From a virus (lineage: Duplodnaviria; Caudoviricetes), in IMG/VR virus record IMGVR_UViG_3300030104_002586, positions 1-34,569 of that record: a DNA stretch of 34,569 bases; one strand, written 5' to 3'. This document shows positions 26,074 to 34,569 of this stretch, piece after piece. How positions within the stretch are numbered: position 1 is the first letter of the stretch; each line of letters starts with the position of its first letter. The translations under genes were made by a program, and so were the position numbers. Under the pieces are notes generated by a model. It had not been told where the DNA came from. It saw nothing but the letters and a program-made list of their open reading frames with translations, and made no database searches.

Positions 26074-26265
26074 CTACTTAGCTTTATTTTCTTTTGGTTC
26101 TTTTGCTTTTGTTTCTTTTAGACCATATTGTTTTGCTTCAGCGTCAGAAATTTCCTCGCCTTTACGAGCAACTACTTGACAACTTTGTCCAGCAAATTCT
26201 TTTGGGTGTCCGTCGCTAAGGACGAACTTTCCGTCTTTATGGTACAAATCTTTTTTTAATTTCAT
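26074..26265 (-). CDS. Hypothetical small protein after capsid (63 aa)
   Basis: ATG 26265 preferred because the longer start runs through a hairpin; KEPKENKAK tail. Confidence 0.65.
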   Translation of the reverse strand: MKLKKDLYHKDGKFVLSDGHPKEFAGQSCQVVARKGEEISDAEAKQYGLKETKAKEPKENKAK

Positions 26266-26283
26266 ATTTTTCTTTCTTGTTTG

Positions 26284-26321
26284 CTTCCCACCCAAATTAC
26301 TTGCGTAGCTCGAGTGGGAAA
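26284..26321 (-). promoter_or_regulatory. Stem-loop with GCAA tetraloop after the major capsid gene
   Basis: TTTCCCACTCGAG-C-TAC-GCAA-GTA-A-TTTGGGTGGGAAG with G-U pairs; no U-tract. Confidence 0.6.
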
Positions 26322-26340
26322 ACAAAACCATTATTACTTA

Positions 26341-27597
26341 TTAAAAGTTAGTAATAGAACAGTAAGCTTGCGGACGATAGATTGCAAAACCTAATCGCAT
26401 AGAAGCTTTCATCATTACTTTATCTTTTGTAAAGAAGTCGTCGTGTGAATCAGACATAGCAACTTCCATACCAGCCCTAGAGATGATATGAGAAGCAAGT
26501 CCGCCACCGAACACACCTACTAATGCAGTTCCAGCAGAAATTGCAGTTGTAGGCACAACCCTAACACCCCACATACTTGATGTAGGAGCGCCATTAAACA
26601 TACCAGCACCAACGAACAGTGGATTCAAAGAACCACTTGTTGTTACCGCATTGACTTCAGTTACGACATCGTTCCAATCGCTTGGGTGCATTAGAATAGC
26701 GTCTGGTTCTAAGAAAGCGTCCTTACGTATTTCAGTAATAGCTTGATACACTTGACCGATTCTCTTTAAGTTACCAGAGTAACTAGAGTAATCAAATGTG
26801 TTGATACCAGTTTTATTCAATATACCTCTTGTGATTGGAGCAACACCAGAACCGCCGATGAGAACATCGTCAAGTCTTAACTGTAACATACTTCTTAATC
26901 TTGAATCAAGATAGCCATTTACAGTTGCAACATCAGAAAGAAGTTCTTCAGTTACAGGAATTGACACACCAAACTTATTGATGTTTTCAGTTCTTTCGGT
27001 CATAGCAAGAGCAGATTCGCCAAAGGCTCCTGCTTCTGCTACTTCAGCAGCGTTGTTAGTAAAGGTAGTTTCTTCTAAATACTTATATTGAAATTGGTCA
27101 GTAGGAATTACTGAGAACAAATCAATAACGGCATTAGGATTTCTTAAAGCAGTAGGAATAATCAAATCACTTCTTACAACCTTAGGAGGATAGGCAGAAC
27201 CCTCATCTACTAATGTTTTACTTTCCAAGATTGGATTGTATTTCACTTGTGATGTAATGTTCAGTTGCCCATTTTCCATATAAGATTTATAAGCGTTAGA
27301 ATCAATTATTTCTTCGCCTAAAGTTTTTGGTTGTTCTTGTGCAGTTTTTTCCTCGTGAATAGGAAGTGGATTAACAACGTTACCAGCTTCTAATTCTTTT
27401 TCATTTTCTTTACGTGCATTTTCAAACGTTTGAATCTCACGAACAGAATCGGCGAGAGCTTTTACGTCCTCGTTCATCTGTGCCCAAGTTTCTTTGTCTT
27501 CAGCAGTAAAGTCAGAAAAGTCTTTTTCGCTAGCAAACTTTTGTAATGCGCCTCTTAATTCTTGAAGCTCTGCATTTTTCTTTTCCAAGTTAGCCAT
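26341..27597 (-). CDS. Major capsid protein, HK97 fold
   Basis: N-terminal coiled-coil delta domain, EVAEAG, IPVTEELLSD, ILMHPSDW, WGVRVV, RLGFAIYRPQA. Confidence 0.95.
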   Translation of the reverse strand: MANLEKKNAELQELRGALQKFASEKDFSDFTAEDKETWAQMNEDVKALADSVREIQTFENARKENEKELEAGNVVNPLPIHEEKTAQEQPKTLGEEIIDSNAYKSYMENGQLNITSQVKYNPILESKTLVDEGSAYPPKVVRSDLIIPTALRNPNAVIDLFSVIPTDQFQYKYLEETTFTNNAAEVAEAGAFGESALAMTERTENINKFGVSIPVTEELLSDVATVNGYLDSRLRSMLQLRLDDVLIGGSGVAPITRGILNKTGINTFDYSSYSGNLKRIGQVYQAITEIRKDAFLEPDAILMHPSDWNDVVTEVNAVTTSGSLNPLFVGAGMFNGAPTSSMWGVRVVPTTAISAGTALVGVFGGGLASHIISRAGMEVAMSDSHDDFFTKDKVMMKASMRLGFAIYRPQAYCSITNF

Positions 27598-27607
27598 AAC
27601 TTATCCT

Positions 27608-28459
27608 TTATAAATCAAGAGTTTCAGCAAGAAGTTGTGTAGTTTCCCTAAACAACTCATTTGCGTCCAACTCATTTTCCAATACTTCATTATCAGAACC
27701 AATACTTAAAAGCGTATCTATGTCTTGGTGCATATCTTGTAATGCGTCCTTTAGACTTTCAAGCGCTTCAGTACTTTCACTTGATAATGTTTTTTCTTTA
27801 CCCAAGCGTAAGGCAGTAAGCTCCTTAGCCCTTTTCAACAATGCGGTCATCTTGATAAGCAAGCTATCCACTTCGTCGGTAAATCTTTGTCCTACATTTT
27901 CAGTAATTGTTTTATTTTCATTATCCAGAGTTTCAACCCCAGCTTCATTTTGTTCCAAAACTTCATCATCATTTTCCTCCAAATTCTTTAACATAACAGT
28001 TCCAGTATTTTGATTAGCACCGACCATTACAGGCGACACTTCCCAAACTTTCAAATCTTTTAAGTAGCGTACTTCTTTTTCTTCAGCACCGTCTTTTTGA
28101 AACATACCAACTTCACTATCAAGAACTTCAAAACCAAAAGACCATTGTTGCAAATCGCTCATAGCTTTAACAGTTTCATAAGCTTCTTTACCAGCATTTG
28201 TATTTAGATTAAAAGAACCTTTGAACACGGCTTTATCATCATCTTGAATTATTTTCCCTTTGCCTATTATATTTTTCCAGTCGTGTCCCCAGACCATAGC
28301 AACACCTTTATCGCCATAGCCAGAACGTATTGACTTAGGCAAGACAACGTCCCCGTCAGAATCCACCTCATTGAAAACAGAAAAAACGGCTTCAACCGTT
28401 CCAGCTTCTTCATCAAAACTTAAAATATCTTTTGCTCTATATTCTTTTTTATCTATCAA
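27608..28459 (-). CDS. HK97-family prohead protease with scaffold-like C-terminus
   Basis: FSVFNEVDSDGDVV, WGHDW, WSFGF, WEVSPVMVGAN. Confidence 0.92.
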   Translation of the reverse strand: MIDKKEYRAKDILSFDEEAGTVEAVFSVFNEVDSDGDVVLPKSIRSGYGDKGVAMVWGHDWKNIIGKGKIIQDDDKAVFKGSFNLNTNAGKEAYETVKAMSDLQQWSFGFEVLDSEVGMFQKDGAEEKEVRYLKDLKVWEVSPVMVGANQNTGTVMLKNLEENDDEVLEQNEAGVETLDNENKTITENVGQRFTDEVDSLLIKMTALLKRAKELTALRLGKEKTLSSESTEALESLKDALQDMHQDIDTLLSIGSDNEVLENELDANELFRETTQLLAETLDL

Positions 28460-28460
28460 T

Positions 28461-30098
28461 TCAAATCCTCTTTTCGTGATAGTTCAAAAAGCAACGACAA
28501 TTAACCGTTAGCTCAGGCGGAGCGCCTAACGAACTATCACTTGGATAGTCTAAGAGGTACCCACCATACTTAAATTGTTGTTCCTCTGGTACTTCCGTAC
28601 CGTCCAAAGTTACGTGTGCGTCCCGAACTTTACCGTCCCTCTGGGAAATCCACTCTTTAGTATATACAATCTGAGTTGATTTTGCACCAACTAAGCGACC
28701 GTAGTTAGCAAGTTTATTAGCTTCAGTTCTAGCAATAGTCAAAGCACGAGTAAGATTTTTTTGACTAAGAATTTTCTTAACAGACTTAGCTACGTGGTTT
28801 TGCAAAGAACGACCACTTAACCCCATTTCTAATGCTTCCTCTAAAGACTTACGGAAAGAAGCGTCAAATCTTTTCTTAGAAGTATTAGAAAGTTCAGGCA
28901 ACAAGTCATCAATTAAATCAGCAACATATTCACGAACAATAGGGTCTTGTCTTAAATTAGTTAAAGGAAGTTCTTGAATTGAAACCAGACGATAGAAAAA
29001 ACCTTGTTCAATAATTTCTTTCTTACTTTCTTTTTGATAAGTAGGAATTACATAAGGAGCAGACTTACGTACAGGCAAAAGCAAATCAACTTGGTAGAAT
29101 GCAAAGTCATTAGCTAAAGATATAAAATAATCATAAACTTCACTAGACCAGCTTTTAGTATTTTCGCCAATAGCAAATTCAACAAGACCATTTACGCCAA
29201 TAGTTTCTACACCATTTTCGTTCATAACAGAAAGAATTTTCCTATCTTGTTTTTGCAATAAGTCAAAGAACAAATTAGTAATTACTTTTTCCCACTGAGT
29301 AAGAAGCTTGTCGTGTTCTTTCCATAAAATGTCTTTTGTTTTTTCCCCACGAAAACGATTTAACCTAAAGTCCCAAGTTTCTTCACGCAGTTTATTTCTA
29401 CGACTAATTAATTCAAATGCGCTACTAGCTTTTTCGTCGCGTTTGTTCATAGCCCGAACAAGTTTTTGCGACCAGCTCTTTCCAGCTTCGCCACCCCAGA
29501 GCGCCCAAGCTATTCTGCCGTTACTTGGATAACCTTTTTCCCCCTGTCGCCAGCCCTCAGCACGTTTATCAACTTCGTGCCTAGGAAAGTATTTAGCAAT
29601 ATGCCTTACTTTTTCAGCACCAGCAACCGTATTGTTCAAAAGATACCTAGCAGAATTACGACCAACATCAGTACCACCTCTACCATATTCCTTAACCCAC
29701 TCAAGACCGCGTTTCGCTTCTTCTTTAGCACCAGCTGGAATTTTGAAGTTAAGGTCATCATAAAGACCTTTTGTCTTTTTACCACGACTAGACAACGGGT
29801 GTCCCTTTGGTAGTAAATCTAAATCAAACTTACCACCACGAAATTTACCAGTACGAACGGCATACAAGAAAGCATTAACACGAGCGTACGCCCACCTGTC
29901 TTCCCCACCAGAAGCACGAACAGACGGTCTAACAGATTGCGGATTAGTTCGATAAGCACCAACGCCACGACGAAAGACCGCACCAAGCATACCTAAAGTT
30001 ACACGTTTAGCGGGATTATCCCCGTACTTCTCGTTATGCTCCTCGACCTTTTTCTTGAGAGCTTCTCTAACCCTCGCCGTAAGTTTCTTCGTTTCCAA
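28461..30098 (-). CDS. Head morphogenesis protein (Mu gpF/SPP1 gp7-like) with N-terminal extra domains
   Basis: RALTIARTE, KEWISQRDGKVRDAH..LDG, NCRC. Confidence 0.85.
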   Translation of the reverse strand: METKKLTARVREALKKKVEEHNEKYGDNPAKRVTLGMLGAVFRRGVGAYRTNPQSVRPSVRASGGEDRWAYARVNAFLYAVRTGKFRGGKFDLDLLPKGHPLSSRGKKTKGLYDDLNFKIPAGAKEEAKRGLEWVKEYGRGGTDVGRNSARYLLNNTVAGAEKVRHIAKYFPRHEVDKRAEGWRQGEKGYPSNGRIAWALWGGEAGKSWSQKLVRAMNKRDEKASSAFELISRRNKLREETWDFRLNRFRGEKTKDILWKEHDKLLTQWEKVITNLFFDLLQKQDRKILSVMNENGVETIGVNGLVEFAIGENTKSWSSEVYDYFISLANDFAFYQVDLLLPVRKSAPYVIPTYQKESKKEIIEQGFFYRLVSIQELPLTNLRQDPIVREYVADLIDDLLPELSNTSKKRFDASFRKSLEEALEMGLSGRSLQNHVAKSVKKILSQKNLTRALTIARTEANKLANYGRLVGAKSTQIVYTKEWISQRDGKVRDAHVTLDGTEVPEEQQFKYGGYLLDYPSDSSLGAPPELTVNCRCFLNYHEKRI

Positions 30099-31767
30099 TT
30101 ATTTCCTCGTATTCGTCGTGAGTATCACACGGCATATATATTGTATTACCGTCGTCGTCCATTGTATGAAAACCTACGCAACCAATTTGTTCAGCACGTT
30201 TTTCCGCTTCTTCCTTTGTACTAAATTTATCTTTTTCCAAAGCTATTTTAGAACCGTCGCTATATCTACTTATTTGTTCAAGCCTAGCTTCAGCAAGTTC
30301 CCTAGTAGGATAGCAACCCATATTCTTTCCAGATTCTTCAGCAATGACACAGAACTCGCCGTCAATTTCTCTAACAACCTTAAATTCAAATCCTTTAGCT
30401 TCATCATCTTCAGTTTCAACATTAGGCTCTTCAGATTGTACAGAGGGTTTTGGCTTGCTAGGTTCAACTTCGCTTACAGAAGCGTCGCCCAAGTCATTTG
30501 CAGGAACGATTATCTTATTAGCGTCCATTAGATAAACAGATTGCTTATCGTCAGTAGGCAAACCAGCTTGCTCCCTAGCTTCCGCAACAGTAATCCAGCC
30601 ACCTTGCACACCAACATTTAGACGATTAAACAAATCATCTTGGTCAGTTTGTAAGGCACGGACATTAGCAAAATCATATTCGGCAAAGTTTTCAGTTTCA
30701 ATATCATAATCTTTCAAAAGTATTTGTTGAGTGAGTTCTTCGCCTACTTGTTTCCATAAAGGTATAAGTTTATTTTCAGTAAAAAATTCACGAAGCTCTT
30801 TTGCATTTGAGTATGTTGCTCTTTCCAAGCCAGCACCTAAACCAGCTAATATTGCTGGGACACCAAGCACGGCGGAAATCCTTTCTTCAGGAACCCTACG
30901 CAAAGTACCAATATCAAGTTCAGTAGGACTGAAAGCCATTTTCTTTACGTCCATAGCACCAGACATAACTAAAGGCATACCTTTATTACGCCCGCCTACT
31001 TTTTGTTTGTAAGCTTTTGCAATTTGTTCAGCTTCGTCTTGAGTTACACCGTAATCATCTTTAGGGGTAATAAGAACATTTGGAACGCCAGAGTTTGCAA
31101 GTAAGGCAGTAGCCATTTGCCCAGCAGATTCGTCCCCGTAGATTTCACGAAGAACAGTACGAAGAGGAGCGAAACCCTTTTTATGATTTTGTTGGTTAAG
31201 ACCAAGACGGATATGTACCATATCTTTAGGCATAACGATTACATTGGTTTCATTAGTTTCATATTCGTAATGCGTAATAAGAGTATCATCATTACCTTTA
31301 GGAACGACACTCTCAGGCATAAGAGGATAGAGAGCAACCAATTGTCCAGCTTGGTTCTTTTGTTTAATTAAGTAAGCGTCGCCCGACACGTGCATAGCGT
31401 TAATAATATATTGTTGGACGATGTCGCCAGACATAAACGGATTAGGACGGCGCATTAGTTTAGTTAATGGGTGGTTAGTAATTTCTTGCTCAAGACCGTC
31501 ATTATCAAGTTGTTTAACTTTCAAAGTAGCTTCACTAAAAGAAAGACCAAGTACTTGCAAACAAGACACAACGGCAGAATTAGAAGCGCCATTACCCATT
31601 TGTTCGACTTCCCAAGAACCCGCACGCGTTTGCCAGCCCTGAATAAATGAAACATTGTTATACATAGAATCATTGTCATTAAAGAAGTTGAAACGCTTTC
31701 TTTCGTCTTGCACGGAAGCACGACCAAACAAAATGTCCCCTAACGTCCGTCTATTATTTTCAGCCAT
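30067..31767 (-). CDS. Portal protein, HK97 family, with C-terminal extension
   Basis: HPLTKLMRRPNPFMS, GDAY, LYPLMP, ISAVLGVP, TYSNAKE, GWITVAEAREQAGLP. Confidence 0.95.
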   Translation of the reverse strand: MAENNRRTLGDILFGRASVQDERKRFNFFNDNDSMYNNVSFIQGWQTRAGSWEVEQMGNGASNSAVVSCLQVLGLSFSEATLKVKQLDNDGLEQEITNHPLTKLMRRPNPFMSGDIVQQYIINAMHVSGDAYLIKQKNQAGQLVALYPLMPESVVPKGNDDTLITHYEYETNETNVIVMPKDMVHIRLGLNQQNHKKGFAPLRTVLREIYGDESAGQMATALLANSGVPNVLITPKDDYGVTQDEAEQIAKAYKQKVGGRNKGMPLVMSGAMDVKKMAFSPTELDIGTLRRVPEERISAVLGVPAILAGLGAGLERATYSNAKELREFFTENKLIPLWKQVGEELTQQILLKDYDIETENFAEYDFANVRALQTDQDDLFNRLNVGVQGGWITVAEAREQAGLPTDDKQSVYLMDANKIIVPANDLGDASVSEVEPSKPKPSVQSEEPNVETEDDEAKGFEFKVVREIDGEFCVIAEESGKNMGCYPTRELAEARLEQISRYSDGSKIALEKDKFSTKEEAEKRAEQIGCVGFHTMDDDGNTIYMPCDTHDEYEEIIGNEETYGEG

Positions 31768-31780
31768 ACATTATCCTCTC

Positions 31781-31830
31781 GGCTAAGGCGGGTAGCTGAA
31801 CACACCCAAAGGAACCACCCGACCATAGCC
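31781..31830 (-). promoter_or_regulatory. Long imperfect stem-loop between terminase and portal
   Basis: GGCTATGGTCGGGTGGTT...AGCTACCCGCCTTAGCC, directly 5' of the portal SD GAGAGG. Confidence 0.55.
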
Positions 31831-31847
31831 AATTCCACGTGTTCATA

Positions 31848-33122
31848 CTAATAAGCCCTATATTCTTTTTTTCTTGCTAATTGTAGCACACCATAGGCAA
31901 GACTATCTACTTGGTCGTCGTGTTCTCCAGCGGGAAATTGTAGAAGTTCTTTTTCCAAATCCATTAGCCATTGAGCAGATTTATCAAAATATATTTGTCC
32001 AGCTTCCAGTTTTGCAGAAAGAGGAAGCGCTCTAGAGTATTTATCCCTATCAGCTTTTAGCTCACGAATTGGTAATTGTGTTTGTTGCCTAGCCATTTGA
32101 ATAAAGGCAAGTTGATAGCCAGCACGTTCAATACCAATAACCGACGGTTCCCAACGGGCATAAACACTTTCTAACATTTTAAGAACTTGAGGAGCTTCCA
32201 GACGTTGCCTTACAACATCAAGAACAAAGATTTCATTAGAGGGACTTACGCCAAGAGTAGTAGCAACGGTATAGTCAGCAGATTCTTTTGTTGAAGTAGC
32301 CAAATCAACAGTTGTGATTATATTCAAATCATCAGTATCAACAATTTTATTATCATAACTTATTTGTTTGTAATATTTTTCAAAACCTTTTTCATCAAAG
32401 CGTAGCTCTTGCGTGTAATCAAAATACTTAAACCAATTAACATTAAACAAGCCACCAGATTGTTCAACAAATTGAGCTTCATATTCTTGTGAGTAAAGAA
32501 AGCTTCCTATTTCCTTTTTAGCAATTTCAAGTTCGTCAAGAGGTACATAAGGATTTGTAGTTGTAGGAAGTTGCCAGCGTTCCCAGTCAGAAAGAGTTTC
32601 AGCTTCATCAAACAATTTAGAGAACCAGTTAAACCCACGAGGCGTACTAATAAACAACGCACCGCCACGACGTTCAGTTAAAGTAGGACGCAACACTTCT
32701 TTCCATACATCTTCTTTAATAAAGGCGCACTCATCAAGAACAATATAATCAAGACCAGCACCACGAAGCCTAGACGGATTATCAGCGGAACGAACAGTAA
32801 CTTGACCACCAGTTGGCGTGTATAAAGTTTTTTCATACTCTTTTACTTCACAACCATAATCAACACCAAGAGTACGGATTTCTTTCCAACCCTCCAGCGC
32901 CATAGAATAAGTTGGAGCTACCCACCAAGCTTTCTTACCCTGCATAGCTTTTGCAATACACAACCAGACGCCCAGCCTAGTCTTACCCCAACGACGACCA
33001 GCTACAAGAACTTTGAACCGAGATTTAGAAGTTGCAACGTTTAATTGCCCGCTATGAAGCTCAGGCATTTTAACCTTAAAACTTTTTACACCTTTAGTAG
33101 ATATCGTCGCTTCCATTACCAC
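31848..33122 (-). CDS. terL: Terminase large subunit
   Basis: Walker A AGRRWGKT, Walker B IVLDECA, ISTPRG, nuclease VDLA...DYT and HDDQVDS. Confidence 0.96.
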   Translation of the reverse strand: MVMEATISTKGVKSFKVKMPELHSGQLNVATSKSRFKVLVAGRRWGKTRLGVWLCIAKAMQGKKAWWVAPTYSMALEGWKEIRTLGVDYGCEVKEYEKTLYTPTGGQVTVRSADNPSRLRGAGLDYIVLDECAFIKEDVWKEVLRPTLTERRGGALFISTPRGFNWFSKLFDEAETLSDWERWQLPTTTNPYVPLDELEIAKKEIGSFLYSQEYEAQFVEQSGGLFNVNWFKYFDYTQELRFDEKGFEKYYKQISYDNKIVDTDDLNIITTVDLATSTKESADYTVATTLGVSPSNEIFVLDVVRQRLEAPQVLKMLESVYARWEPSVIGIERAGYQLAFIQMARQQTQLPIRELKADRDKYSRALPLSAKLEAGQIYFDKSAQWLMDLEKELLQFPAGEHDDQVDSLAYGVLQLARKKEYRAY

Positions 33123-33297
33123 CTAACAAATCTTTCCAGAGTTCAAGAACATCTATTGGAATAGGCAAGACCACGAACCCAGATATATCAATTTCATTTA
33201 TTTCAATTTCAGGAAACGCATTATCAAAACCATTTGCTTGGATTATGTCAATAAATTTTTCATTAGTATCATCAAAGCTTTCAATCGGCTCGCTCAT
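33094..33297 (-). CDS. Hypothetical acidic protein (67 aa)
   Basis: SD GAGGA; overlaps both terminase genes. Confidence 0.55.
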   Translation of the reverse strand: MSEPIESFDDTNEKFIDIIQANGFDNAFPEIEINEIDISGFVVLPIPIDVLELWKDLLGGNGSDDIY

Positions 33298-33742
33298 TGG
33301 TTTCCTCTTTTTTTATATCGGACATTTCGGAAGTTTCCCCCTCAACAAACCGAGTATTGTCAGACCAGTATAGCTCTACATCAAATTGATTACCAGAGCT
33401 AGCTACGTTAATAGAATCCTTACGACCAAATTTATCTGGGTACTTACGTTCCAGTATCCACGCAGAAGCTTGCCAGCTTCCGTTGTTAGCAGAGTTTTGT
33501 ATATTGAAAAGATTACGTACAATAGCTTGCGATTCACTTTTAGCAATTTCTTCCCAGCGAGAAGCGTAAGGCTCTACATCTTTTTCAGCCAGTTCCCGCC
33601 AACGACGGAATTGCCTAGAACTTATCCCAGCAAAAACACAAGCGTCTTCAATGTAGGCTCCAACAGATAGAGCTTGGTTCAATCTTTGCCAGACAGAATC
33701 GTCCATAAACTTATATCGCAAATTCATTTCAGGGTTACTCAT
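33281..33742 (-). CDS. terS: Terminase small subunit (putative)
   Basis: HTH ACVFAGISSRQFRRW, WQASAWILERKYPDKFGR; upstream of terL. Confidence 0.75.
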   Translation of the reverse strand: MSNPEMNLRYKFMDDSVWQRLNQALSVGAYIEDACVFAGISSRQFRRWRELAEKDVEPYASRWEEIAKSESQAIVRNLFNIQNSANNGSWQASAWILERKYPDKFGRKDSINVASSGNQFDVELYWSDNTRFVEGETSEMSDIKKEETNERAD

Positions 33743-34430
33743 AGTTCCACCTTACTAGGACAGACCGAGTATGTTGAATATTTAACCCAGAGAGCCAGCT
33801 ACGAAAAACAAAGTTCAAGCCTGTTTTACGTGTCAGATTTACCAGATTTTTTGGATTTTTTTTATTTTTTTTTTAGCCAATTTTTAGCAAAAATCGTTGT
33901 CGTTAGAGCCTATAAAACTAGGTGTTTTTTTAAGGAGCCACCAGAAAACCCAATTGCTAATTGAATATTTCTTCAAAAGAACTTTCTTTTTCTCTAAAAA
34001 CAGGCATAATTCTCTCAACTTAAAGAAAGAGGCAAAAAATCTAGAAATCGAAATCGCGGAAAATTCGGCTCCGACCAGCCTCACGCGACTCAAAAATGAA
34101 TCCCTAAGCTTTGGGACAAAAGCCCGCAAACCAGCCCGCGCGGTCGTTGAGTTTTTCTCGGCGTCCCGTTCGGGTACGGTGGTCGCCAAATCCATACGGC
34201 GATTACAACAATTATGAAAAGCGAAGTTTGACCAGCACGTCAGCGTAATCTTTAATCGCAACAACGTTGCTCAACTCACCACCCGTTAGTACGGCAAATC
34301 CATTTGCATAGACAATCCATACGGACTAGCTTTGAACACGGTAGGCAACGGACACGAAACTGCACCTTACACTTGACACCACCTTTATCAAAGGCGAGTG
34401 TATAACAAAATAACAACGTACCTGATTTTT

Positions 34431-34473
34431 GCTAGGGCGCTTTTACGAGCGCCTTATGGAACAATCGGTTCCA
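34431..34473 (+). repeat. Twin-hairpin element, right-end copy
   Basis: GC TAGGGCGCTT-TTAC-GAGCGCCTTA TGGAAC-AATCG-GTTCCA. Confidence 0.9.
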
Positions 34474-34569
34474 CACTAAAAAATGAAAGAGAGAACAAAA
34501 TGGAAACATTTGGAAAAACAGTAACACACGAATCAGTCAGCTTCAGAAATACAAAAGACCGTTGGTCTT
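34436..34569. repeat. Terminal direct repeat, right copy, including the start of gene 1 (ATG 34500)
   Basis: Near-identical to 1-136. Confidence 0.95.

Noticed and set aside
5713-33964. Numerous plus-strand ORFs in the late arm (e.g. 5713-6114, 15545-15997, 20426-20854, 30055-30531)
   Set aside because: Antisense shadows of well-supported minus-strand genes
33884-34264. ORFs 33897-34217 (+) and 33884-34264 (-)
   Set aside because: Mutually overlapping, low-complexity translation from A/T tracts, no recognisable motifs; more likely non-coding
34373-34406. TTGACA...TATAAC sigma70-type early promoter
   Set aside because: The spacer is 22 bp, too long for a canonical promoter, so it was not called
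1-34569. tRNA genes, DGR/retron reverse transcriptase, alternative genetic code
   Set aside because: No cloverleaf or RT motifs seen; genes are intact under the standard code with all three stop codons used

Overview
This window looks like an essentially complete ~34.4 kb low-GC siphovirus genome. Its ends overlap by ~135 bp, but imperfectly. A short rightward early arm (1-5621) holds small hypothetical genes, a DUF932-like protein, HTH proteins and a replication initiator. A long leftward arm (33742 to 5722) holds terminase, HK97-type head, non-contractile tail, lysis genes, a phosphoesterase/glycosyltransferase pair and a tightly overlapping DNA-base-modification operon. I recognise no DNA polymerase, integrase, repressor, tRNA, C5-methyltransferase or thymidylate-synthase-like gene. 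Main results: (1) The operon at 6227-11947 encodes two ParB-like paralogs, an amino-acid:DNA transferase (aGPT-Pplase2 type), an amidoligase, an LMW phosphatase, an FAD oxidoreductase, a P-loop kinase and a TET/JBP dioxygenase. This suggests a fully post-replicative thymine hypermodification pathway, possibly yielding an undescribed base. (2) A covarying twin-hairpin element delimits the early genes like cassettes. (3) Several translationally coupled micro-ORFs are missing from the ORF track: a protamine-like 25-mer in the tail operon and three Cys-rich peptides in the lysis region. (4) The tail chaperone appears to need a +1 rather than -1 frameshift. All family calls come from motif recognition by eye, not database searches, and the host is not determinable here.
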